This document shows, one piece after another, positions 1 to 11,853 of a stretch of 64,000 bases of DNA (the first letter of the stretch is position 1; each line of letters opens with the position of its first letter). Under the pieces are notes generated by a model, which ran no database searches, had not been told where the DNA came from, and worked only from the letters and a program-made list of their open reading frames with translations. This DNA comes from Octopus vulgaris (taxonomy: Eukaryota): contig OX597822.1 of the NCBI GenBank assembly GCA_951406725.2, positions 59,520,001 through 59,584,000 on the forward strand. Direction: 5' to 3'. A program made the position numbers and the translations under genes.

Positions 1-103
1 GTCAGTGGCTATAGTAGAAATACATGTCAAGTTGTTGCACATTGTGATTGAACCCGAAATCTCGTGGTTGCCGAGCGAGCTTCTTGACAACACAGCCATG
101 CTT
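1..103 (-). mobile_element. SINE family A, 5' head fragment (cut by window edge)
   Basis: Reverse complement resembles the head of the copies at 4437 and 37395 (GGCTGTGT..AAG..AACCAC..GGTTCA..TCTACTATAGCC). Confidence 0.6.
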
Positions 104-124
104 ACATCTATATATAATGTAATA

Positions 125-375
125 CAGTCATCTCTCGCCGTACCGCGATTCACCTGTCGCGGTTCCCCTATCACGGTTCACCTATCGCGGTTCACCTATC
201 GCAGTTTATCATTTAAGCTTACGTCGATTCCTCCGTGGTGTTGTCTTGCATTTATGATAAAATAAATATATACAAATTATAAAAAATACAGTACAGTACT
301 GTTTCTATCACGCGGATTTTCACCTATCGCAGAGGGATTTGGAACGTAACACCCGCGATAGTGAATGGATTACTG
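125..375. mobile_element. pogo/Tigger-like MITE
   Basis: TA|CAGTCATCTCTCGC...CGCGATAGTGAATGGATTACTG|TA: imperfect TIRs and TA target duplication; internal tandem CGCGGTTCACCTAT units. Confidence 0.75.
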
Positions 376-393
376 TATATACAATATATAAAT

Positions 394-612
394 AAGGCAG
401 TGAGCAGGCTGAACTATTAGCGCAGAGCAAAAAAATTCTTAGCGGCATTTCGTCCGTCTTGACGTTCTGCGGTCAAATTCCGCCGAGATTGACTTTGCCT
501 TTCATACTTTTGGCATCATATAAAATAAGTACCAGCTGAGTAATGCGGTCGATGTAATCGAGTTTTCCTCACTCCAAAACTTGCTGGTCTTGTGCCAAAA
601 TTAGAAATAAGT
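394..612 (+). mobile_element. SINE family B (tRNA-like head; GCCTTTCATCCTTT..GATAAAATAAGTACCAG central domain)
   Basis: Aligns by eye with the copies at 6805, 12040, 40652, 44402 and 52619. Confidence 0.75.
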
Positions 613-1322
613 ATATGTAAGCATTTAAAAAAATTTCGGTAACAAAGGCTGGATACATCGGTTAAGTGACTATGTACTTGGTTAGATATTCACTGATTTA
701 TACCAACCCGATCTAGAATTCAATATAAATTGATTTCGATATGATGCTAAGAATATTTCTGTGTGAAGAACTTAAATATTCCTTGTAGTATAGTACAAAC
801 GTAGCAGTGCCCAATGTCAACTTGCCCGATTTATTTCCACCAATTCCTGCGTCACGTTAGTAGAACATTTTTATAAATTGACAGCGTTTTTGCGTCGAGA
901 TTTCCCACAATTACAGCATAGAAATTTCTTGAATAAAATTCTAAACAATCTCTTTCACGAAACAAGGTTATTCCCAGCTGAGACGTGGGCCCGAATAAGA
1001 GATGAGTGTAAGCCGTGCATTGTTGATTTTTGCGTCTCAATTGTTGATTTGAGACTTGCATGTGTGTGTGTGTGTGTGTGTGTGTCTGTAGAACAAAGAG
1101 CTTTTCTTAATACGCATTGTACTGTTGTTTAATTGTCTCTGAGAATAAAAGGCATATGTGTTTGGAGAGGTCTTCTACATACACGATAATTCAACGAGTT
1201 GATCGAACAATTTAAGCTCTAATCATGTAAACTTAAATATCTCCATGTTAGCTACAATTAAGGCAAATTGTTGATTTGAAACTTTGGAATATTTTTCTTT
1301 TTCTAGTATTTAAGTATTTGTA

Positions 1323-1360
<38 letters not shown>

Positions 1361-1369
<9 letters not shown>

Positions 1370-1655
1370 TATTAGAGACAAAACCACTATTTTGCAAAAC
1401 AAACAAGGAAAGACTTAATCAATACATAAAATTTTAATAAATAGTCAAAAAAACCGCCACTACAATTGTTTCTTGTCTTGATCGACAATCTTCAGGTGGA
1501 CTTCCAATAAGTCAGTTTCAAATTATGACTTATTGGAAGACAAGAAACAATTGTAGTGGCGGTTTTTTTGACTATTTATTAAAATTTTATGTATTGATTA
1601 AGTCTTTCCTTGTTTGTTTTGCAAAATAGTGGTTTTGTCTCTAATAATATTTTAT
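1361..1655. repeat. Long inverted repeat (119-bp perfect arms 1361-1479/1537-1655 plus inner 14-bp stem), PLE terminal-repeat-like, in (TA)n
   Basis: Arms read as exact reverse complements; inner stem CTTCCAATAAGTCA (1501-1514)/TGACTTATTGGAAG (1526-1539). Confidence 0.9.
1457..1499 (-). ncRNA. Minimal type I hammerhead ribozyme motif
   Basis: Minus strand CCAC-CUGAAGA-UUGUC-GAUCAA-GACAA-GAA-AC-AAUU-GU-A-GUGG: canonical core, 4-bp stem I, 5-bp stem II, palindromic ACAAUUGU stem III, GUA cleavage triplet. Confidence 0.8.
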
Positions 1656-1746
1656 AATATTTTACTATAAAATTGGATTTAATCCTAAATCTGATTTTTT
1701 CCCTGTAAATTTGGATTTATTCCCTAATATTTATTATTATTATATA

Positions 1747-1778
<32 letters not shown>

Positions 1779-2205
1779 GTACATGCACACACACATACAC
1801 ACGCACACACACTTATATACACATAACATAAACGTACTCTCGATACCATAAACATTGCATCCACCTTCAAAGTCGAAGTGAGTGAGGTAAAAGCAATGTA
1901 ATTTAATCCTACGTCTCCATTAATGCTGGTAAAAACGTCCTGTTTCTTTTAGACAGCATTTTCTAATCATCCATAAATATCGTAAACTATCATAAACCCT
2001 TTAATTCTCTATCTGATATCCCTACCTGTAACTACCGAAATCACAACGACTGACCGCTGATAGGTTCATACCTCTCGAAAGTTGTAGACTTTAGAGTCAC
2101 CGTTGTACTACTCGATAGCATCGCTATACATTACACGGGTACAACAACCAATGATTTCAAAGGAATACAACAGTGAGATGGCGTTTATCATGTCCCTACA
2201 ATTAC

Positions 2206-2870
2206 ATCCACCTTAATTTGGATGTCTTGATAGAATACCGAATACCTTGTTAGCGTTATTAGCCTTGACAAATGTCCTCATATACGTGCATGGTGCATAA
2301 AAGCACATACATAAATCGTAGTAAACGAGAATCGTCTGTTATAGCTGGAAATCTCGTATTAGAGAGATTTCAGTCAACTGGACTTCAACAGTGGGAGACG
2401 TCTGGCGGACGTATACCAAACGATCGTCTGTTTCGATTTATGTTTGTGCTGATGCACCATGCGCCTATGTGAGATAATTCTTTCAAGGTTAATAACGCAG
2501 TATTCGGCGTTCTAACAAGACATTCACTTTAAGTTGGATGTTAAGATCGCCATTTGCTGCTAAAACTTTCGTCGCTAATAATTAAGTCTTGATAAACGTG
2601 GTGGCTATTTAGGACATCAGTGTCTGAAAAAATTGCTTATATTCTATATATATCACATGAGCGAGACTTGTTTGCTATGTGGTTACCGGATGCTTCACAC
2701 TAATTAGGTCCAATAGACTAAATTCATGTGATACGGGACTTCCGGCGCCCATAACACACGATTCAAGTTTACTTCGATTTATACCTGTGATTTTATGAAC
2801 CATGTGACTATATGAGATGTCTCAAGGCTAATAATACAATATTCAGCATTTAAACAAAATCCACGTTAAA
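2206..2870. repeat. Three diverged copies of a ~70-bp motif (2206-2283 minus; 2466-2540 and 2811-2870 plus)
   Basis: Shared TCAAGG(C/T)TAATAA..TATTC(G/A)G..TT..AACAA; the first two are inverted and end in AAG(G/T)TGGATG. Confidence 0.5.
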
Positions 2871-2887
2871 ATATATATATATATGAC

Positions 2888-3080
2888 CGTGTGTGTATCG
2901 CTGGCGATTTTCTTTCTCCATCTTCCCTTCCATGGACCTTTCCTTTTTCTACGTTTCTGACGAAGATGTCTGCTCGAAACGTTAAATCCTCCTTCTTTCT
3001 TTCCTTTCCTGAGCATCCAATAACACTATACTTGTTCCACGTCCTCGCGTTGTTGTGTTTTCTTTTTGCTCATGTTTGAA

Positions 3081-3088
<8 letters not shown>
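2888..3088 (+). mobile_element. PLE terminal-repeat-like non-coding element with hammerhead-like motif at 2954-2986
   Basis: TTT-CTGACGA-AGATGTCTGCTC-GAAACGTTA-AA; pyrimidine-rich; flanked by (TA)n; similar layout to 63132-63322. Confidence 0.6.
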
Positions 3089-3162
<74 letters not shown>

Positions 3163-3166
<4 letters not shown>

Positions 3167-3975
3167 GGTGTCCCAAAAATGCCTACACGCATTGAATGAT
3201 TATAAAGTTGTAAAGTTGGTATTAAAATATTTTTCATTGTCCCAATTTTATCTAATTTAACAGACATAATTAAATTATTTTATGAATGTCTGATGTCCAG
3301 ACACTGCTGATAACGCAAAGCAAACATCAAGAATTATTTTGCTCGGTATTTGTGGGTATTCTCATTCAATGGAGGCGCTCAATTCATAGAATATTGCCGG
3401 TTATGACCGTAAAAATTTTCTTATAAGTTTCCCCATAAACAGACTAGTGCTGTGAGATCTGATAAACGAGGATGGTAATCTATTGAACTTTGTGTAAATG
3501 TCATCAAGGTAGGCCATTACATTACCGTGGAAATGTTGGGACACCTCATTCTGTTAGAAATACAACTCAACATTTTCAAATACTTGACCATCTAGCACTA
3601 CTGATTGTTGCAACAAATTTAAGTAAATGGGACCAGTATGAATATCGTCAGAAAAGAATAGCCCTTTTGATGATAAGCCGTAACACCATGACCGTTCTTG
3701 GAATGTAACTTTTCCAATGACAGCGATATGCTACGTTGGATACGATGGTGTTTCGTCTGGTGTGTTGATTTTGTTCATTCATTATGAATCTTGAATTATG
3801 CTTGCACTGATGAGTAAAGAGTGCACCACTGCACTTATCATGAAATCACGGTTATCTGCAGCTAAATTCTGTTTTTAAATGACTTGCTTCGAGAGTTGCA
3901 TTTGGTACGATGTGTTTATTTATTCTAGTAGTTTTGACTCCTAGCGTGTGGCATTTATGTGTAGTAATGCCCTCT
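3163..3975 (-). mobile_element. Decayed Tc1/mariner (rosa/DD41D-like) transposon
   Basis: TA-TGGGGTGTCCCAAAA terminus; minus strand near 3430-3490 translates DYHPRLSDLTALVCLWGNL, resembling WPPRSPDLTPLDFFLWGYL. Confidence 0.6.
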
Positions 3976-4436
3976 ATATAATATATATATATATATAATT
4001 CTACCGATATGCTGCTTTATTCTTGCTGGATATTAATATTATTTTAATAATATTTATATTTTCATGCATATTTTTTTCACTGATCTTGGTTTTGATTATG
4101 ACTGGAGCTATCAGCCGAGTAAACACGCAGAGATGTAGTGGATATATTCAAATTTTGTCGTCCATGATAGACTCAACTGACAATGACCAACCAGATTCAC
4201 GCACACGCACGTGATCAGAAGAGTTTGAAACTGCATTATTGAGTTATCCTTTATTCCTCTAACGGTTTCCGTAGAGGTACGACAGAATTTTCCAATATTC
4301 ACCGCCCGCAGTCATCTCTGTCCTTAAATATTTAGTGAAGTTCTACATAGCACCGTAAACTTACCGTCTATATACATACAGTGCTTAATGATTTTTGTGG
4401 AGTTGACGTAAATTATGAAGTTATATTAACGCATAA

Positions 4437-4597
4437 GGGTAGGAGTGGCTGTGTGTGAAGTAGCTTGCTTACGAACCACATGGTTCAGGGTTCAGTCCCA
4501 CTGCGTGGCAACTTGGGCAAGTGTCTTCTACTATAGCCTTGGGCTGACAAAAGCCTTGTGTGTGGATTTCGTAGACTGAAACTGAAAGAAGCCCGTC

Positions 4598-4672
<75 letters not shown>

Positions 4673-4887
4673 AATACGTTTGTGTGTCCCTACAACATTG
4701 CTTGACAATCGATGCTGGTGTGTTTACGTCCCCGTAACTTAGCGGTTCGGCAAAAGAGACCGATAGAATAAGTACTAGGCTTACAAAGAATAAGTCCAGG
4801 GGTCGATTTGCTCGACTAAATGCGGTGCTCCAGCATGGCCACAGTTAAATGACTGATACAAATAAAAGAAGTAAAAGAGTAAAGAGA
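4437..4887 (+). mobile_element. SINE family A, full length, with internal (TA)n(TG)n
   Basis: tRNA-like head (TGGCTGTGTG..GGTTCAGTCCC), conserved 3' half ending AAATGACTGA..AAAAGAG; several homologous copies in the window. Confidence 0.85.
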
Positions 4888-4889
4888 GC

Positions 4890-6430
4890 AACAAGTCGAG
4901 TTGGGGAAAACAATTGACATTTACTGAGCCAGATCCTATCACTTGCAAACGGTTAATATCTTCTTACTACGATACAACCAAGTGCGTGAACTCCACTACT
5001 TTTGCAACAAAATACTATAGTCAAATCTGTCAAGGTGTTACTGTCGTTAGAGTTTATTATATATGCTTTTCAGCCCTCTTCTTAAACATTTAACATGCTG
5101 AGGTCTTCAGAGACTATATTAAGTAGCCTCTGCTATAACGAAAGCCTCATTAGTTGGGATTTAGGAGATTATTACCCCATGGGAATCCAGTTAATCGTAT
5201 CCCTTTTCAAATACTTGAATAGTTTGGGAAGTATATAAAATCTGTCTGTAGCAGATGACTTTTTTCCACTCTTTCTGAAAACTAGGAAAGCATACGTGGA
5301 TAGAAATTGCTAGAGTATATAACCTGTATCAAGCGATTTTCTGCCGATATCAGCTAAAGGTGATGCAAGTAGATGACAGCACTCCTTCAAAACGTTAGCA
5401 AGGAATTTACGGGGTCCTGCCGCTGAGTAGTGCATAATTAAAATTTAGCACTGATATGAAGTCCAATGTTATTTAAGTGATGTCAAGTTTGATGTATTGA
5501 GGATCATGTTTATCTTTACTCCAACAGGGTCACTGAAGACAGTAGTATTGTTTCTGCAGATCGTCCTATTCATTTGGCATCATTGCTGTTGTATATTTTT
5601 ATCAAGCAGTGAATCAATGTATGATTCAGCATCGTAATGTTGTTTTTGGCAAGTGAGTTGAACACTTTTGGGTGGTGGTTAATGTTTCTCAATGACCCAG
5701 TCTTACTCTGCAGACCTCATAGCGCCAATAAATAAAACTGAGTACGACACGACAGCAGGACCCAACAAATTCCTCACCAGGATCCTGGAGAAGTACCGAT
5801 ACCAACACGATTCTTGTCTAGCTTAATTTTTTTATTCGCCTTTTTTAGCTTTGTGTGGTGGGAGTGATTCGCATGTCGTTATTGCTATCTATTGAAAGTG
5901 CTACTGCTGGCATTATTTTGGCTGAACATTCTGTATTTAATCTTTTGGTTTTCTTAATGAGGGTTCATATTCCCTTGGGTTCCCAATTTTACTGTTGTGA
6001 ACGAAATACGTTGAACTGTTATTTGAGAATATATTGGTAATAATATCCTCGAACGTCTGAAAGTTTCTTTGATGTCTGAAGAAGTGTTTGTGAAAGATCA
6101 GTCGACAAGCATTAGAACATATATAATTGCTCCCCGGTTACGATTGTGCAGTTTCATATTATCAAATGTATGATTTGTGGTGAATGCACTTGGTTAGACT
6201 CAGAAAATGTAAACCAAGGTTACAGTGCCATACAGCCGTCGAAAGGAACTGAGATATCACGGTTAATGCTGGGGTGATTGCACATTCCATATGAGGATGA
6301 AAAATATTCAGTAGCCACGTAACCAACGCTAGGCTGACCACACCAACTTTGTCTAAATCAGCAAATTACTGCTCAGAAACATTATTCCGTGTTTATATTT
6401 GAAACGACCCTAGAATATAAATACAAGAGA
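4890..6430 (-). pseudogene. Decayed CR1/L2/Jockey-group LINE RT fragment
   Basis: Minus 5435-5280 translates HYSAAGPRKFLANVLKECCHLLASPLADIGRKSLDTG, matching the AAGPDxIP..LKE..LAxPL..IF..SLxxG RT N-terminal motif; the outer limits are uncertain. Confidence 0.65.
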
Positions 6431-6804
6431 AAAAAATATATATGAATTAGAACTTTATAGTTTAATATAAACTTATGTTGTATACTCACAAGTATGATGC
6501 AAAGTAAAGTATGCGATAGATAACTGGGCTTACCTCCGAAGGGAGTTTATTTTGTCGCGTTTTTCTTTAATTTATTTTGTTTAGTGGTGTGCTTTTAAAT
6601 GCATAAGTTTATCTTATATTATAAAAAATCTGAACCGTTTACATTATAGTCATTTACTATTTATATTTGTCGTAGTTTCAGTAAACATAAGAGAATTTCA
6701 GTGTGATACTGGACCATGTTAGTATTAAAGCAAGCTGTCGTTGCTTTTTGGCTAACAAAATCTTTTCAATCCTCGTATGACGCAGGAGGAAGCAAATAAT
6801 ATTA

Positions 6805-7016
6805 TTTTCTACTCTAGGTACAAGGCCCTAAATTTTTGGGGAAAGGTCAGACGTTTAACTCGACTCCAGTACGCAACTAGTACTTAATTTATCGACCCCG
6901 AAAGGATGAAAGGCAAAGTCGGCCTCGGTGGAATTTGAACTTAGAACGTAAAAACAGACGACATACCGCTAAGCATTTCACCCGGCGTGGTAAAGTTTCT
7001 GCCAGCTCACCGCCTT
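6805..7016 (-). mobile_element. SINE family B
   Basis: ATCGACCCCGAAAGGATGAAAGGCAAAGTCG..GAATTTGAAC..GCCAGCTCACCGCCTT is the reverse complement of the family B sequence. Confidence 0.8.
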
Positions 7017-7289
7017 GGAAGTAAATAATATTAGCTTATCCAATAAGATATTTTGTAAGAATTAATTTGATAAACTAAGAATTCTAGAGGCGCTTTGGGG
7101 TAGCCAGTTACGAGGTCCACAGGTATACGAGAGAAGAGTGAGCGGTTCACTTTTTCCCGTCTTATATCGTACTTGTTAATATATAACTTTTAGTCTATGT
7201 TCTCGGAATCTTAACTATTTACATAAAAGTTATCCACTGTAATGTGTATGAGGGATATGTATATATATATTATGAATATATACTTACAA

Positions 7290-7810
7290 GCTGAGAAAAG
7301 CCTCCTACTTCTCTCTGTTCCTTCCACGTGATCGGTGCTCGGCCAAGCATGATCTTTCTTTCTTGGCCTGACCGCTGCTCGCACATCTTATTTTTCTGTC
7401 TCCTGACTTTCACCTATTTTTGTCGCCACAAGGCTTCCACTCCACACCCCAGCTTAACTTAACTTGTCATTTTTGTCGAAAGACACCTGTTGTTATTCCC
7501 GTTGTTTGTATTTGTAATCGTGTAATATTTTCTCCGTTTAATCGATATTTTTCTTTTTGTCCGTGTTGTAGCACATATTCACTCGCTTTCTTCCAAAAAC
7601 GTTAATGCCCTTAGCTTATATTTTTTTGGGGGCCTACCAATTTTGAACAGTCTCAAGCGTAACTAGCCGAAACTGAAATGATGATTGGAAGCTTGACTGG
7701 TGAATAGAAAGCCACGAATGTTCCGTCCTGGCTTTCCTGTCCGTCTTTGTATCGTCCATCTGTTTGTATGTTTTTTTATTGTCGTCTGTTGCGTTCTTGT
7801 CCCGTTATTA
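7290..7810 (+). repeat. Pyrimidine-rich interspersed repeat (PLE terminal-repeat-like), related to 37810-38140
   Basis: Shared CTTTC..CCAA..AA..TAATGCC..GCTTA..GGGG..AGCCGAAA..GACTG..CCGTC blocks. Confidence 0.45.
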
Positions 7811-8049
7811 TTTATTTATATATTATGAATATATGTATCGATAAATATTTGTCATATATGAAAACAGTCAAATATCTTTTTGAAGAATCACAGAGTAATA
7901 AATTTATTTTTACAAGGAAAAGCATGGCAGTGACTTCGAAGTTTTACCAATCTTAGCTTCGTCATACTTTGCCCAGATCTGAACCTTGTTATTGTTATTT
8001 ACTTTGAGTGCGGTTGCTGTTGCTTTTCGCTAGCATTTTCCGAAACCAC

Positions 8050-8079
<30 letters not shown>

Positions 8080-8086
<7 letters not shown>

Positions 8087-8383
8087 ATCACATGATCACG
8101 TGATCGACCAGTCCATCAGATGTAGTTACACATCGCTGGTCACAATGCGTTCGCATTGTTTTAGCCTTCGAATGACGCCACCCCGCTGGCTAAGCGAGCA
8201 GGCCAACAGAAGAAAGAGTGGGAGAAAGAATGGTGAAAGAGTACAGCAGGGATCACAACCCCATGCCGGCGACTCGTGGAGTTTTTAGGTGTTTTCGCTC
8301 AATAAACACTCACAACATCCAGTCTGGGAATCGAAACCGCGATCCTACGACCGCGAGTCCGCTGCCCTAACCACTGGGCCATT
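8080..8383 (-). mobile_element. SINE family C (tRNA-derived head), tail variant 1
   Basis: Minus head AATGGCCCAGTGGTTAGGGCAGCGGACTCGCGGTCG..GGTTTCGATTCCC has A and B boxes; same head as 33397 and 41222. Confidence 0.8.
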
Positions 8384-8396
8384 ATATTATATGTTT

Positions 8397-8444
<48 letters not shown>

Positions 8445-8507
8445 ATAATATAATATAAATATTATATATATGCATATATGCATACGTATATGTACATACA
8501 TCTATAC

Positions 8508-8548
<41 letters not shown>

Positions 8549-8742
8549 AATAAAATATATGCATATATATAAACATATATGTACGTACCTACCTCTACAT
8601 GTACATATACACGCATATATGTGTACAGGACACCAAAAAGACGTCGAACACATAGAGAGACGAAAAACATAGACACAAACCAAGGAACAAGACAGGCAAA
8701 AAAAAAAAAAAAAAAGGAGATACAGGACAATAAGCACAACGA

Positions 8743-8793
<51 letters not shown>

Positions 8794-8809
8794 AATATAC
8801 ATATATATA

Positions 8810-8873
8810 AAACATATAATATAATATAAATAATATTTATATGCATATATGCATACGTATATGTACATGCATC

Positions 8874-8944
<71 letters not shown>

Positions 8945-9591
8945 GTGTACAACAAAAAGTACAAAGCTCGAGTACATGGAACATGAATTATTCTTTCGAA
9001 CAACGAAAGGACACAAATGGAAAACAAAACAAACATAAAGAACGACCCTTCATCAGTTGTTAGCTGTTTTTCTAGTTTCATATTTCGAGCATTTAACAAC
9101 AATATACGCTTTCGATTAAACAGTTGCACTCCTCTTCTCCCACTATTCTATCCTATTAGTCTGTCACTCTCTCTCCCTAACTCTTCCTCCCTTGCTCACG
9201 TGGCTTCCACGTGACCATCGGCCATTCTTTTCTCTTCGTTGTAGCTGAAACAAGGAAGACGTGTTCTTGTTTGCCCCATATCCTAGCTTGATTTACGCGT
9301 TCGCCACCACAAGCTCGTTTAGGCTTAGCAGCCCTTCCTGTTTGTTTTTACTGTTCTGTTTGTTACCTATTTTGTATTTAATTTGCTTTGCGGGAGCGAA
9401 AGTGTATATTGTTGTTAAATGCTCGAAATACGAGACAAGAAAAACAGCCAACAAGTGATGAAGGGTCTTTATGTTGCTTGTTTTATTTTTCATTTGTGTC
9501 TTTCATTGTTCGAAAGAATAGTTCATGTTCCATGTACTCGTGCTTCGTACTTTTTTGTTGCACATGTTTCATGACGTCCTGTGCCCACATA

Positions 9592-9642
<51 letters not shown>

Positions 9643-9710
9643 GTATAGATGTAAGTATGTACATATACGCATGTATATATGCATATATATTATTTATATT
9701 ATTATATGAT
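8810..9710. repeat. Imperfect ~300-bp inverted repeat (8810-9115 vs 9395-9710)
   Basis: GTATATTGTTGTTAAATGCTCGAAAT..GAAAAACAGC..TGATGAAGGGTC..GTTCGAAAGAAT..GTTCCATGTACTCG occurs on both strands. Confidence 0.8.
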
Positions 9711-9748
9711 TGAACGAAACGCATTCTCTTCCAAGTAAGTTTTAGCTA

Positions 9749-10341
9749 TCTTAATATATAAAATCTGTTCTGTCTGTCTGTCTGTCTGTCTGTGTGCTTA
9801 TAACTCGAGTATCGTTCATCCGATCGCGCTTAAATTTTAAACATGGATGCATGAGAGAGTGGGGCATTCCGTAATCTAAAACGATTTTCAAAATTGTTGG
9901 TTTCAAGGTGAGAATCGCTATTTTTGTGATCTTTATATCCCGTGTGTTCCGCCATCAAAATAACCAGTTGCTCAGGTAGCCGGCACATACCATTTCGCTA
10001 GCAACAAGGAGAGTACACAATGGCAATCAGACAAAACCGTCGCTTTGCTGTCTCTCTTCTTTCTTCTCTCTGTGGGGTTAATAATCTTAATCTTTAGTTA
10101 CAGTTTCTCATTAAAGCTACATAATAGGTAGAATTGTTGGATTAAGACAGTAGGGTGTTTTGAGGGAGATTTGGCTGCTATTTCTACCAGGTCTAGCCAC
10201 CATGTAGAGCTCTCCCTCATTGGCTTATGCATACATACGTACATACGTACACATACACACATACATACATACATACATACATACATACATACATACATAC
10301 ATACATACATACATACATACATACATACATACATACATACA

Positions 10342-10413
<72 letters not shown>

Positions 10414-11782
10414 ATGTAAATAAAATACTCAAAGCAACAGACGTCAGATACAAAAGCCAAGGTCCATGCAGTGTCATGGGCCATAATAATTTCAAGCTTC
10501 TTGCCTAATGCGAGCCCAGAGCAAACTGTTATCTCTTGTACTATTTCAGTATTACGTCTGTTTTGTTATGTGAGATACTGTCCCATATATTATATATTCC
10601 TTATGCTTTCCGAAACCGAGTTACAGAGTTTGAAGTATGGGGTATCAAAAGATTCAGTACTATTTTGGCTACAAATTAAACTTAGTTTCCATTCACATAT
10701 TTTGCATTTCAAAATTTTAACATAATCTTTTCCATAAATCAACTATCGTAAAAATTTCATACGATGACGTCACATTTTCTATATGTGTACCTTAAAAGAC
10801 ATCATTCATCACGACACACACCTTCACTCACTCACTCTATCTCTCTTTCTCACCCTCTTTCTCTCTCACATACACACGCGCAAGCACGCACACACACACA
10901 CACATACACACACACGTCCATTTCATATAGACGTACATATATCTTTCACTTTCTTTCTCTGTCCTTTTCGCTTTCTCTTCTTTCAATTTCTGCTCTCTTC
11001 AAATGAAATTTTTACGGATACAACTGTGTACAAAAATGGGGATTAATGCATAATTTCTTTCTATGCTCATAATTTCAGACATGATCCATCTCATTCTTAT
11101 AAAAATGATAACTTCGTCCAATCCGGTGTATTAACCACAAATTGTCCTTTCTGTAGAGGTTAAAAATTTTCAAATGAAACAAATGGTATGTGCTGCTCAG
11201 GCGGTCAGGTAACATTGCCAGCACTATCAAATCCTTCGCAACCTCTTATGTATCTTCTAGAAGGTATTTCCATCCAGTCAAAGGATTTTCTGAACAATAT
11301 CAGACAATATAACTCCGCAAACGACATCGTTTGGTGCATCTAAGAAGATAGATAAACATGAATGTACGACGACGTCAAAGTTCAAGGGCAAGTCTATCAC
11401 CTCACTGGCTCCCTGTTACCCACAAATGAACAACCACAGCTCCTCCAAATTTACTTTATGAGTAATGTAGGACAACAAACCCGAAGGAGGTGTCAACATT
11501 TCAGATGATGGGTCGTGTTAGACACGCGCCGACTGCTGAAAAAGAGGGTATATTCACTGACAGCTTCTCGGTGCGTTCAAAAATCACATAACCCCCACGG
11601 GTGAGGGCCTGAAGTACTCCAAACAGACGCATAGTATGTTGCTTAGTCGAATTAGCCCATCATTTACTCCACAAATGTTTTGTTGTCAATGCTGCACTTT
11701 CCCATATCACCTGTTTCAACATAACTGTATTATAAACAAACTATGCTATTTTAATCCCGAGCAACGCCGAGTGTCTCTGCTA

Positions 11783-11783
<1 letters not shown>
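9749..11783 (+). mobile_element. Non-autonomous Helitron with internal RepHel fragment
   Basis: A|TCTTAATATATAAAA..(GTCT)n start; CCCGAGCAACGCCGAG hairpin-like motif plus CTAG|T end; A-T target site. Confidence 0.8.
11183..11470 (+). pseudogene. Helitron RepHel N-terminal fragment (frameshifted)
   Basis: GMCCSGGQVTLP..SKDFLNNIRQYNSA / TSFGA / KVQGQVYHLTGSLLPTNEQPQLLQIYFM are hallmark Helitron motifs. Confidence 0.85.

Positions 11784-11853
<70 letters not shown>

Noticed and set aside
6074-6110. CTGAAGA..GAAAG..GTC hammerhead-like word order
   Set aside because: No pairable stem I or II; lies in a decayed LINE region.
8299-9129. 276-aa ORF and the many YIYI/HTHT/poly-I/L/Y ORFs across the window
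   Set aside because: They are translations of stop-free microsatellites, with no protein signal.
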